From a virus: a DNA stretch of 64,000 nt. Location of the stretch: positions 1 to 64,000 of the IMG/VR virus record IMGVR_UViG_3300030098_005028. One strand, 5' to 3'. Within the stretch, counting starts at the first letter, position 1; every line of letters starts with the position of its first letter. A model generated the notes under the pieces. The model saw only the letters and a program-made list of their open reading frames with translations, did no database searches and was not told where the DNA came from. Both the position numbers and the translations under genes were made by a program. Shown here one piece after another: positions 1 to 8,235 of the stretch.

Positions 1-160
1 TCTATCTGTCTGCCGATTGTCTGCCGATTGTCTGCCGATTGTCTGCCGTCTGCCGTCTATCTGTCGTCTATCTGCCGTCCGTCTGTCGTCTATCTGTCTG
101 CCGTCTGCCGTCTGTCTGCCGTCTATCTGTCGTCCGTCTGCCGTCTATTTGTCTGCCGAT
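1..160. repeat. Degenerate short tandem repeat (GTCTGCC / GTCTATCT units)
   Basis: TGTCTGCCGAT at 7-17, 18-28, 29-39 and 150-160, interleaved with GTCTGCC, GTCTATCT and GTCC units; very A-poor on the + strand. Confidence 0.9.
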
Positions 161-162
161 TA

Positions 163-181
163 ATTGAGACTTAGTCTCAAT
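163..181. promoter_or_regulatory. Perfect 9-1-9 palindrome, probable dimeric protein binding site
   Basis: ATTGAGACT-T-AGTCTCAAT. Confidence 0.55.
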
Positions 182-255
182 AGGGGGTTTTTCTGAATCC
201 TAATAATCCCCCCATAATCGCAGATATTTCGCGGGGGGGTATAAACATAACAAGC

Positions 256-324
256 ATCGGCTACTTCAAATGACCACTTTTATTTCAGAGATCGGGCCAC
301 TTCAAAATCAAATGACCACTTTTA
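256..324. repeat. Imperfect direct repeat
   Basis: TCAAATGACCACTTTTA at 266-282 and 308-324; ATCGG-N2/3-ACTTCAAA begins at 256 and 291. Confidence 0.85.
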
Positions 325-771
325 GGGTTTATAGAGTACCCTTCTGTGTTCCGCACTCAGAACTTTGCGGTTTCTTATTTCTACATCGTAGTCTGTCTTA
401 GAAAAAATGACCCATTTCCCTCTTAGCCTATACCAATTACCATTCTTCTTGAAGATGCAAACATAGTGTTTGCCTTGTTTAGCTGCGACAGGCCATAACC
501 TATTCTTTTTAATCACCAAAAAATCTCTTACTCCATAACCTTTCTCAAAGGTGGTAAGACCCGTCAACTCTCCAGTGACGGTTTTTTGATGGTAAGCGAT
601 GTTTCTCCATTCCCAGATGATTAGTTGTTTCAGTCTCAGATCGCCCTTATCATCATAGACCTCATTAAACTCCATGAACAAACAACTTTCGTCTATTATT
701 ACTTGTGGAGAAGAGCCTGATAACAAAATCATCACAATTCCGATCATTAACAACCTCATCACCTGCCCCAA
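322..771 (-). CDS. Hypothetical exported or membrane-anchored protein
   Basis: Hydrophobic N-terminus MRLLMIGIVMILLS; overlaps the end of the upstream gene. Confidence 0.7.
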   Translation of the reverse strand: MGQVMRLLMIGIVMILLSGSSPQVIIDESCLFMEFNEVYDDKGDLRLKQLIIWEWRNIAYHQKTVTGELTGLTTFEKGYGVRDFLVIKKNRLWPVAAKQGKHYVCIFKKNGNWYRLRGKWVIFSKTDYDVEIRNRKVLSAEHRRVLYKP

Positions 772-1967
772 CCTCTTTTAATTAAACTAAAAGCATTGAG
801 TCCTAGAAAATTCTTGACAACGATATCGCTATAACCGCATGCAAGAAGATAGCTAGTAATGTGTGGCATTTCTCCTGTATCAATTAATTCGTCGGGAGGA
901 TCTGTAAACCCATCAAAATCTGTACCTATTGCTGGAACAGCATCGTTAGAAACTTTTAAAATATGATTTAATGTTTGTTCTATATATTTCAATCCCATTC
1001 CGGTATTAACAGGACTTATCCAATAATTCATAAATATAATGCCGATAACTCCTCCATGCTCTGCCATCCACTTTATTTCCCAGTCCTGAAGGTTATATAA
1101 GTCACGATTTATTTCAAAAACACCAGAGTGACTGCTGAACACGCATGAATGCTTGCCAGACTCTTCTACAAGCTCGTAGACTCTCTTTCTAGCAGGTAGC
1201 GTACAATGACCCACATCAATTAACATGCCCATATCGAGCATCCTACGCACCACCTTTTCCCCTAATTCACTAAGCCCCTTATTCATGTCCCACTCTTTAA
1301 TAATCTCTCTTCCCGTATGTTTGATTCCATAATCGGGATAAGGGAATACCGGATGAACAAGCTGATTCGGATAGAAGTGTGCTAAGGTGAGATAAACCAC
1401 TCCTCGATTGAAAAGGGTCTCTAAATTTTCAAGGACTTCTATCTCGATCTGATCTGAGGAACCTTCTTTCTGCCCAAATACTTTTCCAGATACGTCACCT
1501 TGTAGAGAATGCGCACCCTCTACAGAATGTAGCAGACAGGTGGCACCTCTCTCTAAAATGTCTTCCATTTCTGAAACACTTCGTGCGAACTCAAATCCTT
1601 CTGCCTCCCTTACCTGTTCTTCGATCTCTTCCATCATTGTCATGGTTACATCGAAGTAAGAAGGATCAAAATACTTTTCCTTCACGCTTTTCGAGAAAAA
1701 AAGTATCCACTTGATTAACTTTATATGTTCTTTCCATTCATACTCTGGGACGTAAATTGTAGATAGCAAAACGTCAACGCCGCCCTCCTTTACCTTCGGA
1801 AAGTTGCTTCTAGTGGTTAATGGCCAGAATTTTTCCTTAAAAAAGGAACCTAGCCACTTCTGATTCCTATCTTTTAGGTTTCTGCTGAGTAACGATGCCT
1901 TTAGCGTTGGATGATTGTGTAAATCCACCACCAAAGACTCTTTATGTAATTTATCTGCCTTATTCAT
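759..1967 (-). CDS. Membrane dipeptidase (peptidase M19, amidohydrolase fold)
   Basis: DLHNH, EGAH, IDVGH, SSHS and IGTDFDG motifs. Confidence 0.9.
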   Translation of the reverse strand: MNKADKLHKESLVVDLHNHPTLKASLLSRNLKDRNQKWLGSFFKEKFWPLTTRSNFPKVKEGGVDVLLSTIYVPEYEWKEHIKLIKWILFFSKSVKEKYFDPSYFDVTMTMMEEIEEQVREAEGFEFARSVSEMEDILERGATCLLHSVEGAHSLQGDVSGKVFGQKEGSSDQIEIEVLENLETLFNRGVVYLTLAHFYPNQLVHPVFPYPDYGIKHTGREIIKEWDMNKGLSELGEKVVRRMLDMGMLIDVGHCTLPARKRVYELVEESGKHSCVFSSHSGVFEINRDLYNLQDWEIKWMAEHGGVIGIIFMNYWISPVNTGMGLKYIEQTLNHILKVSNDAVPAIGTDFDGFTDPPDELIDTGEMPHITSYLLACGYSDIVVKNFLGLNAFSLIKRGWGR

Positions 1968-2598
1968 AACCTCTAGTCCCCCATACGTTATCTATAAAAC
2001 CATATTTCACCGCCTCTTCCGAATCCATGTACCATTCCTGCTGATTCCTTAGCTTTTTATCCATATATTTAATAATATAACTATCGGTCTTATCTTTGAA
2101 GAAATCGCCCCTCTTACATCTGTCACAATAAATATTCAACATCTTCTTATTGAGCTTTTCATTCCAGTCAATAGCTGATTTTGCCGATATAGAGTTAGTA
2201 TCTATAGAAAAACTCCCATAGTGAACCATAAATTCCACATTGGGAGTCAAAGACCTTATATCCCCAGCCTGCATTATGATAGTCCCCATAGAAGCCACTA
2301 TTCCATAACCTATGATAGTAACTGGGGATCTAGTTAGCTTAATAGCATCATATATAGCCATTCCATCATTCCAATTCCCTCCTATAGAACTTAAATGAAT
2401 TACAATAGGCTCATTGCTTATATGATCGAGAAGCTGTAGATTTTTTATCGTTTTTACTGCGACGTGAAAATCTAACCCACTCTCTTCTTCTGCCACACTA
2501 TGAGAGTGTATATAGAGTTCTCTAGAGTTTAAGTTCAGAGAATACTCATGTATGTGTTGTAGGAGTTCTTTGTTTGTCGGCTTGTTTACTCTGGGCAT
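1960..2598 (-). CDS. clpP: ClpP-like serine protease (S14)
   Basis: SSIGG, ASMG (catalytic Ser), FMVH (His), WYMDSEEAVKYGFID C-terminus. Confidence 0.9.
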   Translation of the reverse strand: MPRVNKPTNKELLQHIHEYSLNLNSRELYIHSHSVAEEESGLDFHVAVKTIKNLQLLDHISNEPIVIHLSSIGGNWNDGMAIYDAIKLTRSPVTIIGYGIVASMGTIIMQAGDIRSLTPNVEFMVHYGSFSIDTNSISAKSAIDWNEKLNKKMLNIYCDRCKRGDFFKDKTDSYIIKYMDKKLRNQQEWYMDSEEAVKYGFIDNVWGTRGYE

Positions 2599-2818
2599 TT
2601 TCTTCCTCCCTCTCCTTATTATTACACCGTGAAAGGGCGCATATTCCCCTTCCGGGCTTTTTAGAGATACCCATTTTCTGCCGTTGTTTCCTCCATGACT
2701 GCACAGATATATATCTTCCGGTTATTTTTGATAGTTGTGCTGCTCCTTGTGCATCAGTTAGAATGGCAGCGTTGTCCCTAATAAATTGACGTTCATTTTC
2801 GTTCCAAATGTTGTTCAT
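2546..2818 (-). CDS. Small HTH (Myb/SANT-like) DNA-binding protein
   Basis: W-x3-E-x2-FI start, helix-turn-helix-like spacing, basic tail RQKMGISKKPGRG. Confidence 0.6.
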   Translation of the reverse strand: MNNIWNENERQFIRDNAAILTDAQGAAQLSKITGRYISVQSWRKQRQKMGISKKPGRGICALSRCNNKEREEENAQSKQADKQRTPTTHT

Positions 2819-2828
2819 TTTATTGTTT

Positions 2829-2837
2829 TGGTGTTAT
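2829..2837 (+). promoter_or_regulatory. Variant of the putative late promoter motif (TGGTGTTAT)
   Basis: Lies in the 38-bp divergent gap upstream of GGAGG and ATG 2857. Confidence 0.4.
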
Positions 2838-2856
2838 TATATACTGGAGGTGTAAC

Positions 2857-3036
2857 ATGCGTATTTCATCTAAGTTATATACAACCGAAGCTTCAGAAAG
2901 CAAGAAGAGAGTAGAAGAAGAGCTAAGGGTTCCTGACCCTAGTCCTGAAGAGGCCTTAGCATTTTTGGAGGAAGATGAAGATACCAAAGGGAATGAACGA
3001 GGAGCAGGTGCTGACAGCGATAGAGAATGTAGTTAA
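2857..3036 (+). CDS. 59-aa acidic protein, absent from the ORF track
   Basis: GGAGG RBS at 2846-2850, ATG 2857, TAA 3034-3036; MRISSKLYTTEASESKKRVEEELRVPDPSPEEALAFLEEDEDTKG... Confidence 0.6.
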   Translation: MRISSKLYTTEASESKKRVEEELRVPDPSPEEALAFLEEDEDTKGNERGAGADSDRECS

Positions 3037-3604
3037 TGCTCTCGCTAGAAACTTCCGCTTTGGGTATTTCGATACCGACGACATGAAACAACAGGGGCGA
3101 ATGTATGCTCTTGAAGGTATTCCTAAATACAATCCTGAAGTCGGCCCTTTGGAAAATTTTCTTCGTACTCATATCAGAAATCGTTTTATCAACTTAAAAC
3201 GAAACAAGCTTACTCGATATCAACCCCCTTGCGTTGATTGTCCTTTCTATGACCCTGAATGTAAGGTCAGTCAGAACAAATGCTCTGAGTTCAAAAATAA
3301 GGAAGACTGCCAAAAATATTCTAATTGGCAAAAGAGAAACATTGCCAAAAAAAGTCTCGCTCAACCTTTAGATATATCTAACATAAATGATGAGCGTGAA
3401 AAGAATATGCGTAGGGAACCAAAAGTTTATGATTTCGTAACAAAAAAAGAGTTACTGGAGATAATAGATAAAGAGCTACCTATTTCTTACAGGCGTGATT
3501 ATAGACGTATGGTTGAGGGTGTAAATATACCCAAGCAAAGGAAGCAGAAACTCATAGACAAACTAAAGGAAATTATTAAGGAAAATTATCCTGATGAGTG
3601 GTAA
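2975..3604 (+). CDS. Sigma70-family RNA polymerase sigma factor with Cys-rich insert
   Basis: Region 2-like DDMKQQG...KYNPEVGPLENFLRTHIRNRFINLKR, followed by CVDCPF..C..C..C. Confidence 0.75.
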   Translation: MKIPKGMNEEQVLTAIENVVNALARNFRFGYFDTDDMKQQGRMYALEGIPKYNPEVGPLENFLRTHIRNRFINLKRNKLTRYQPPCVDCPFYDPECKVSQNKCSEFKNKEDCQKYSNWQKRNIAKKSLAQPLDISNINDEREKNMRREPKVYDFVTKKELLEIIDKELPISYRRDYRRMVEGVNIPKQRKQKLIDKLKEIIKENYPDEW

Positions 3605-4454
3605 AAAGAGAGGTAGAATGTCGGTAGAGGAAAAACAATTCCTAGACCAGTACATGGATTCTAAGTCTGATGAAGAATTAGCCACAGAGATAGGGCGAAC
3701 TGTAGAATTTGTTTCAAATTATAGAAAAACAAAACCATTAAATGATATTTCAGATGATGAAGCAGAGATACTATTAAGACTTCATAATCTTTATTTTTGG
3801 GAAGAACTACAGACACAGTTGGATTCTAGCGAGCTTCATGGATTCGAGGCGAGATGGGTGGCTCTGAACCACCAGTTCCAAGATGTCCTTCCTACAGACC
3901 AGATGCAAATCAAAGACCTGATTACTCTTGAGATATTGATTAATCGTGTTCTTACAGAAAAACAAAAGGTCGTCTCTACCATAACTAGGCTTGAGACACA
4001 GCTAAAAAGGGAGGAGGATCGTCCTGTCGAGCTTCAGGACGTGAACCTCATGCTTAGTATTGAGACCCAACTGAACGCTGCTATGGCCTCTCAGAACGCA
4101 AGAACTACAGAGCATATGAAACTTCAGGAAAAGAAAGACGCTAAATTTAAAGACTTAAAAGCAACAAGAGACCAAAGATTCAAACAACTTGAAGACTCTC
4201 GAAAAAGTTTTTTTGATTTAGTAAAGACTTTAGATGAACGTGACGCAAGAGAGAGAGAAGGTCGTCACATGGAACTTATGAAACTTGCAGCAGATAAGTC
4301 TATGCAAGAACTATCTGAATATACTGAGTATGAAGATGGAACCGTAGATCAGCCATTCCTCAATCATGAAACGATAATATCAGATGTCACAGAACCCAAA
4401 ACAATTAGAAGTAAAGATGCCGGGATCGGGCGCGATACGCAAGCCTTGGAATAA
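3594..4454 (+). CDS. N-terminal HTH plus coiled-coil protein, possible terminase small subunit
   Basis: EEKQFLDQY...DEELATEIGRTVEFV HTH, long helical region, upstream of TerL; function inferred. Confidence 0.4.
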   Translation: MSGKKRGRMSVEEKQFLDQYMDSKSDEELATEIGRTVEFVSNYRKTKPLNDISDDEAEILLRLHNLYFWEELQTQLDSSELHGFEARWVALNHQFQDVLPTDQMQIKDLITLEILINRVLTEKQKVVSTITRLETQLKREEDRPVELQDVNLMLSIETQLNAAMASQNARTTEHMKLQEKKDAKFKDLKATRDQRFKQLEDSRKSFFDLVKTLDERDAREREGRHMELMKLAADKSMQELSEYTEYEDGTVDQPFLNHETIISDVTEPKTIRSKDAGIGRDTQALE

Positions 4455-4800
4455 AATATACAATGCTATGCGGCATTCAGCCGGGCCAAACTCTGACAGA
4501 TCGTCTCTAAAAGACTTGACGGTAACTGTCGAAGACCTAGTAGATATATTTGAGCAACAACAAGGAAGATGTCATTGGTTAGGTATAAAACTAAACCCTT
4601 TGAACAACTATATATCCAGAAGTCCTTTAGCTGTAAGTGTTGATAGAATTGACAATAATGAAGGTTATCATAAATATAACATAGTGCTTTGTTGTAGACT
4701 GGCGAATCTTGGTAGAGGTTCTTATAACTATGAAGATTTCAGAAGAGTAGTGGAATACGTCAAGGAAGAGATCTGTGGGCAGAAAAATAACGAAGAGTGA
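4384..4800 (+). CDS. HNH-superfamily endonuclease
   Basis: QQGRCHW...SVDRIDNNEGY..NIVLCC..AN pattern. Confidence 0.7.
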   Translation: MSQNPKQLEVKMPGSGAIRKPWNKIYNAMRHSAGPNSDRSSLKDLTVTVEDLVDIFEQQQGRCHWLGIKLNPLNNYISRSPLAVSVDRIDNNEGYHKYNIVLCCRLANLGRGSYNYEDFRRVVEYVKEEICGQKNNEE

Positions 4801-5818
4801 TTGGGGAAGGAGAATAAAAAAGAATCATCATCTTTATTCAACAGTTGAAGGAATCGAATTACCCAAAAAAATATCTCTAATAGATACCCATATGAATAAT
4901 GCTTGGGAATTCCATAGAAGTGGATGGGGTCATTGTCTTTATGGTCTAAGAAAATTGCATAAAGAAGACGGTGTTCTTTTAGATGATTTCTTTGAGCAGA
5001 GCCACTCTGTTTTCTATGCAGATAATGTTAAAGAAAAAAAAATACCTTTCATGGAAGACTGGGTGGGCTTCTTTCACAACCCACCAAATTCTCCTAGATG
5101 GCATAACTACGCTCATACTCCACAGGTCGTATTCTCCAGACCAGAAGCTAAGGAAAGCCTAAAGAGATGCAAAGGAATGTTTGTCTTTACGGATTATTTA
5201 AAAGATTGGTTTGACCGAAATCTAGATATCCCCTGTGAAGTTCTTTGTCATCCAACAGAAATGCCAAAAGTAAAGTTTGACTTTGATAAGTTTTCCGCAA
5301 ATAACAATAAAACCATTATCCAGCTAGGTCATCATCTCAGGAGGCTTCTCTCTATACAAAGGCTAAAAACAGACTTTCATAAAATTTGGTTTATGTCTTG
5401 TGATTGGGCGAAACAACTAAAGGTTATTGAGTGTCAATCTCATGACTACCCAACGATATCTCTTAATTGCGGTAATTATGAAGAGAGAGAATGGATAGAT
5501 AATGATGCATACGATATGATTCTTTCACAAAATATAGCATTTATGCACCTTTATGATTCAAGTGTTAATAATGCTGTAATCGAATGTATTGTTAGAGAAA
5601 CACCTGTTCTTATCAACAAGATACCACCCATTGTTGAATACCTTGGAAAAGACTACCCATTCTACTTTGAAAATTTAGAAGAAGCATCAAAAAAATGCCA
5701 AGACATGGCTCTTATAAAAGAGACACACGAATATCTTAATGAAATGGACAAGCAAAAGTTTTCTTTGTCTTACTTTTTGAATTCTCTCACAAACACAGAG
5801 ATATACAAATCATTATGA
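4775..5818 (+). CDS. Glycosyltransferase-like (GT-B) hypothetical protein
   Basis: C-terminal NNAVIECIVRETPVLIN..P.IVEYLG resembles the GT-B nucleotide-binding segment; GTG start. Confidence 0.45.
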   Translation: MGRKITKSDWGRRIKKNHHLYSTVEGIELPKKISLIDTHMNNAWEFHRSGWGHCLYGLRKLHKEDGVLLDDFFEQSHSVFYADNVKEKKIPFMEDWVGFFHNPPNSPRWHNYAHTPQVVFSRPEAKESLKRCKGMFVFTDYLKDWFDRNLDIPCEVLCHPTEMPKVKFDFDKFSANNNKTIIQLGHHLRRLLSIQRLKTDFHKIWFMSCDWAKQLKVIECQSHDYPTISLNCGNYEEREWIDNDAYDMILSQNIAFMHLYDSSVNNAVIECIVRETPVLINKIPPIVEYLGKDYPFYFENLEEASKKCQDMALIKETHEYLNEMDKQKFSLSYFLNSLTNTEIYKSL

Positions 5819-6858
5819 GTAAGTTTTGTTCAAAACCTTTCGAGTGGTTTGAAGTGCATCCTGATGGAAACGTGTCTATGTGTTGTTACACATGGCTGCC
5901 AGCATACATTGGTCAGATAGGAGTGGATGAAGGAATAAATGATGTATTTAATTCTGACATATCAGAAGAAATAAGAAAAAGCATATTAGACGGAAGCTTT
6001 CGTTACTGTGATCACGATTTATGTCCTCTTATTCAGGCAGGCGATCTGCCAGAGGTTGAGGAGTTAGAAGGAAATAGTAAGCGTATTGTTGAAGAGCAGA
6101 TCACTACTGGTTTGGAGCCTACCTTTTACAACCTTTGTTATGATGAATCTTGTAATCTAAGTTGCCCAAGTTGTAGGGTAGATAAAATCCTTTTTTCTAA
6201 AGGCCCTAGATACAGACAGAGAAAAGTTATACAAGACAGAATAATAAAAGATCTATTCGAGAAATATCATGAAAGAGATTGCACGGTAAGTATAACAGGT
6301 TCTGGAGATCCTTTTGGCTCTAAACTTTTTAGAGACTTACTATTTTCTGTTGATGGGAAGAATTTCCCCAACATGAAAATTAACTTACAAACGAATGGCG
6401 TAATGTTTACGGAAAAATACTGGAGCAAAATGCATAGAATACAGAACAATATTGAAACCGTTCTAATTTCTTTTGATGCAGCTTCTCCTGCCTCATATTC
6501 TTATACGAGGAGAGATGGTAATTGGGATCGTCTACAAGACAACATGAAGTTTATATGCCAGCTTCGCAAAGATAATAAGATAAAAGATCTTCGTTGTGAC
6601 TTTGTAGTTCAACAAAAAAATTATCACGAGATACCTTCTTTTGTAGACATGTGCTTATCTTATGATTTTGTTGATGAAATATATTTTTCGCAGATAGTTA
6701 ACTGGGGTACATATTCGGAAGAAGAGTTCAAAGAACATGCTATACATCAAGAAGATCATCCAGAATATGATGACTTTATTTCTATTATGCAAGATACAAG
6801 GTTATCTCATAGCAAAGTAAATCTTGGCAATCTTTCTTCTTTTAGGAAGAAGACATAG
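5815..6858 (+). CDS. Radical SAM enzyme with N-terminal SPASM/twitch domain
   Basis: CNLSCPSC (CxxxCxxC), GSGDPF, QTNG; N-terminal C..PF...V.PDG.V..CC. Confidence 0.9.
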   Translation: MSKFCSKPFEWFEVHPDGNVSMCCYTWLPAYIGQIGVDEGINDVFNSDISEEIRKSILDGSFRYCDHDLCPLIQAGDLPEVEELEGNSKRIVEEQITTGLEPTFYNLCYDESCNLSCPSCRVDKILFSKGPRYRQRKVIQDRIIKDLFEKYHERDCTVSITGSGDPFGSKLFRDLLFSVDGKNFPNMKINLQTNGVMFTEKYWSKMHRIQNNIETVLISFDAASPASYSYTRRDGNWDRLQDNMKFICQLRKDNKIKDLRCDFVVQQKNYHEIPSFVDMCLSYDFVDEIYFSQIVNWGTYSEEEFKEHAIHQEDHPEYDDFISIMQDTRLSHSKVNLGNLSSFRKKT

Positions 6859-6870
6859 AGTTGTATAGGT

Positions 6871-8235
6871 ATGAAATCTAACTCAGACCCAAACCCCGAC
6901 AAGTATTACTGCACTAGACCATTTGAATGGTTTGCTGTGCTAGATAATGGCGATGTGTCTCCGTGCTGCCCGCCTTGGATAGACGGATACAGGATTGGCA
7001 ACCTGTACAAACAGTCTGTAGACGAGGTGTGGAACGGAGAGAAAGCACAAGCGTTTAGGGAGTCAATATTAGATGGGTCTTTTAAATACTGCAACGAAAT
7101 GTCCTGCCCACATCTCCAATCCAAGTCTGAGTCCGTATTTACACTTCAGCAACTAGAGAATGGCGACCGTCACACGGTCACTCAAGACATTAAGAATAAA
7201 AAAACGGTTCTAGACCACGGCCCCCTAATTATTAACTGCGAATACGACAGGTCATGCAACCTGTCATGCCCATCTTGCCGCAGAGATTTAATCATAGTGT
7301 CTGGGGAGCAGCGTGACAAAATACTAGCTCTACAGGACAAACTAATTGACGGAGCATTCTCTAATTCCCAACGTATTACAATTACTGGTTCTGGAGATGC
7401 CTTTGCGAGTCCCGTGTTCAGGAAGTTATTACAGAACCTCAAGAAAGAGCAAGCCCCTGATTTGGGACATATTCTCTTATTAACTAACGGTTTGCTTGTT
7501 AATAAATACTGGCACACTTTAAGCGACTACGCTAAAGAAAACATTAAGACAATCTCAGTGTCGGTAGACGCAGCGTGTCCAGAAACGTATGCTATTAACC
7601 GAAGAGGAGGCGATTGGGAGCAGCTACAGGATAATCTTGCATTTATCAAAAGCCTCAAGGTATCTTCGGGTATAGAACATTTTTGTATTAGTATGGTAGT
7701 TCAGGAGAACAACTTCACTCAAATGAAAGACTTTGTACTAATGGGAGAGTTTTACGGAGTTAACTTCGTGCAGTTCCAAATTATTGAACCTGATTTCATC
7801 AGAGATTTAGGATATGGAGACTATTTAAGTGAGTGGATTGGTAAGGCGGTTCACGAAAAAACTCACCCTCGACATCAAGAGTTTTTAGATGTCATTCAAG
7901 ATGAGTTTTTTACCGCTTATATAACGGAAGACACGTCGGATCATGTAAATGTGAGCATGGGGCCGTTACACAACCTCATACAAGGTGTAGATATTTCTCA
8001 GTACGAGACATTACTGAACGAATCTCAAGAACACGAAAAGAATAAAGAGAAAAAGGATGTGTGGTTTGATGCAACTATTTATTATGTTGATTGGAAGTCT
8101 ATCAAAAATATAAATGGCAGTGATTTTGTTAGAATAGAAACAGGACAAGTTCTTTTCTGGAATGGAAACGAGTGGGAGATTTGTGACGAAGACAGCACAG
8201 ATTTCGCTGAATTTATAAAGAAAGAAGAAAAATGA
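6871..8235 (+). CDS. Radical SAM enzyme with N-terminal SPASM/twitch domain, paralog with C-terminal extension
   Basis: CNLSCPSC, GSGDAF, LTNG; CTRPF..V.DNGDVSPCC. Confidence 0.9.
   Translation: MKSNSDPNPDKYYCTRPFEWFAVLDNGDVSPCCPPWIDGYRIGNLYKQSVDEVWNGEKAQAFRESILDGSFKYCNEMSCPHLQSKSESVFTLQQLENGDRHTVTQDIKNKKTVLDHGPLIINCEYDRSCNLSCPSCRRDLIIVSGEQRDKILALQDKLIDGAFSNSQRITITGSGDAFASPVFRKLLQNLKKEQAPDLGHILLLTNGLLVNKYWHTLSDYAKENIKTISVSVDAACPETYAINRRGGDWEQLQDNLAFIKSLKVSSGIEHFCISMVVQENNFTQMKDFVLMGEFYGVNFVQFQIIEPDFIRDLGYGDYLSEWIGKAVHEKTHPRHQEFLDVIQDEFFTAYITEDTSDHVNVSMGPLHNLIQGVDISQYETLLNESQEHEKNKEKKDVWFDATIYYVDWKSIKNINGSDFVRIETGQVLFWNGNEWEICDEDSTDFAEFIKKEEK

Noticed and set aside
1-160. Possible CRISPR array
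   Set aside because: Units are 4-11 bp with no unique spacers and no cas genes
1960-2598. ClpP as the prohead protease
   Set aside because: Opposite strand and far from the head genes; a protease-scaffold gene already occupies that position
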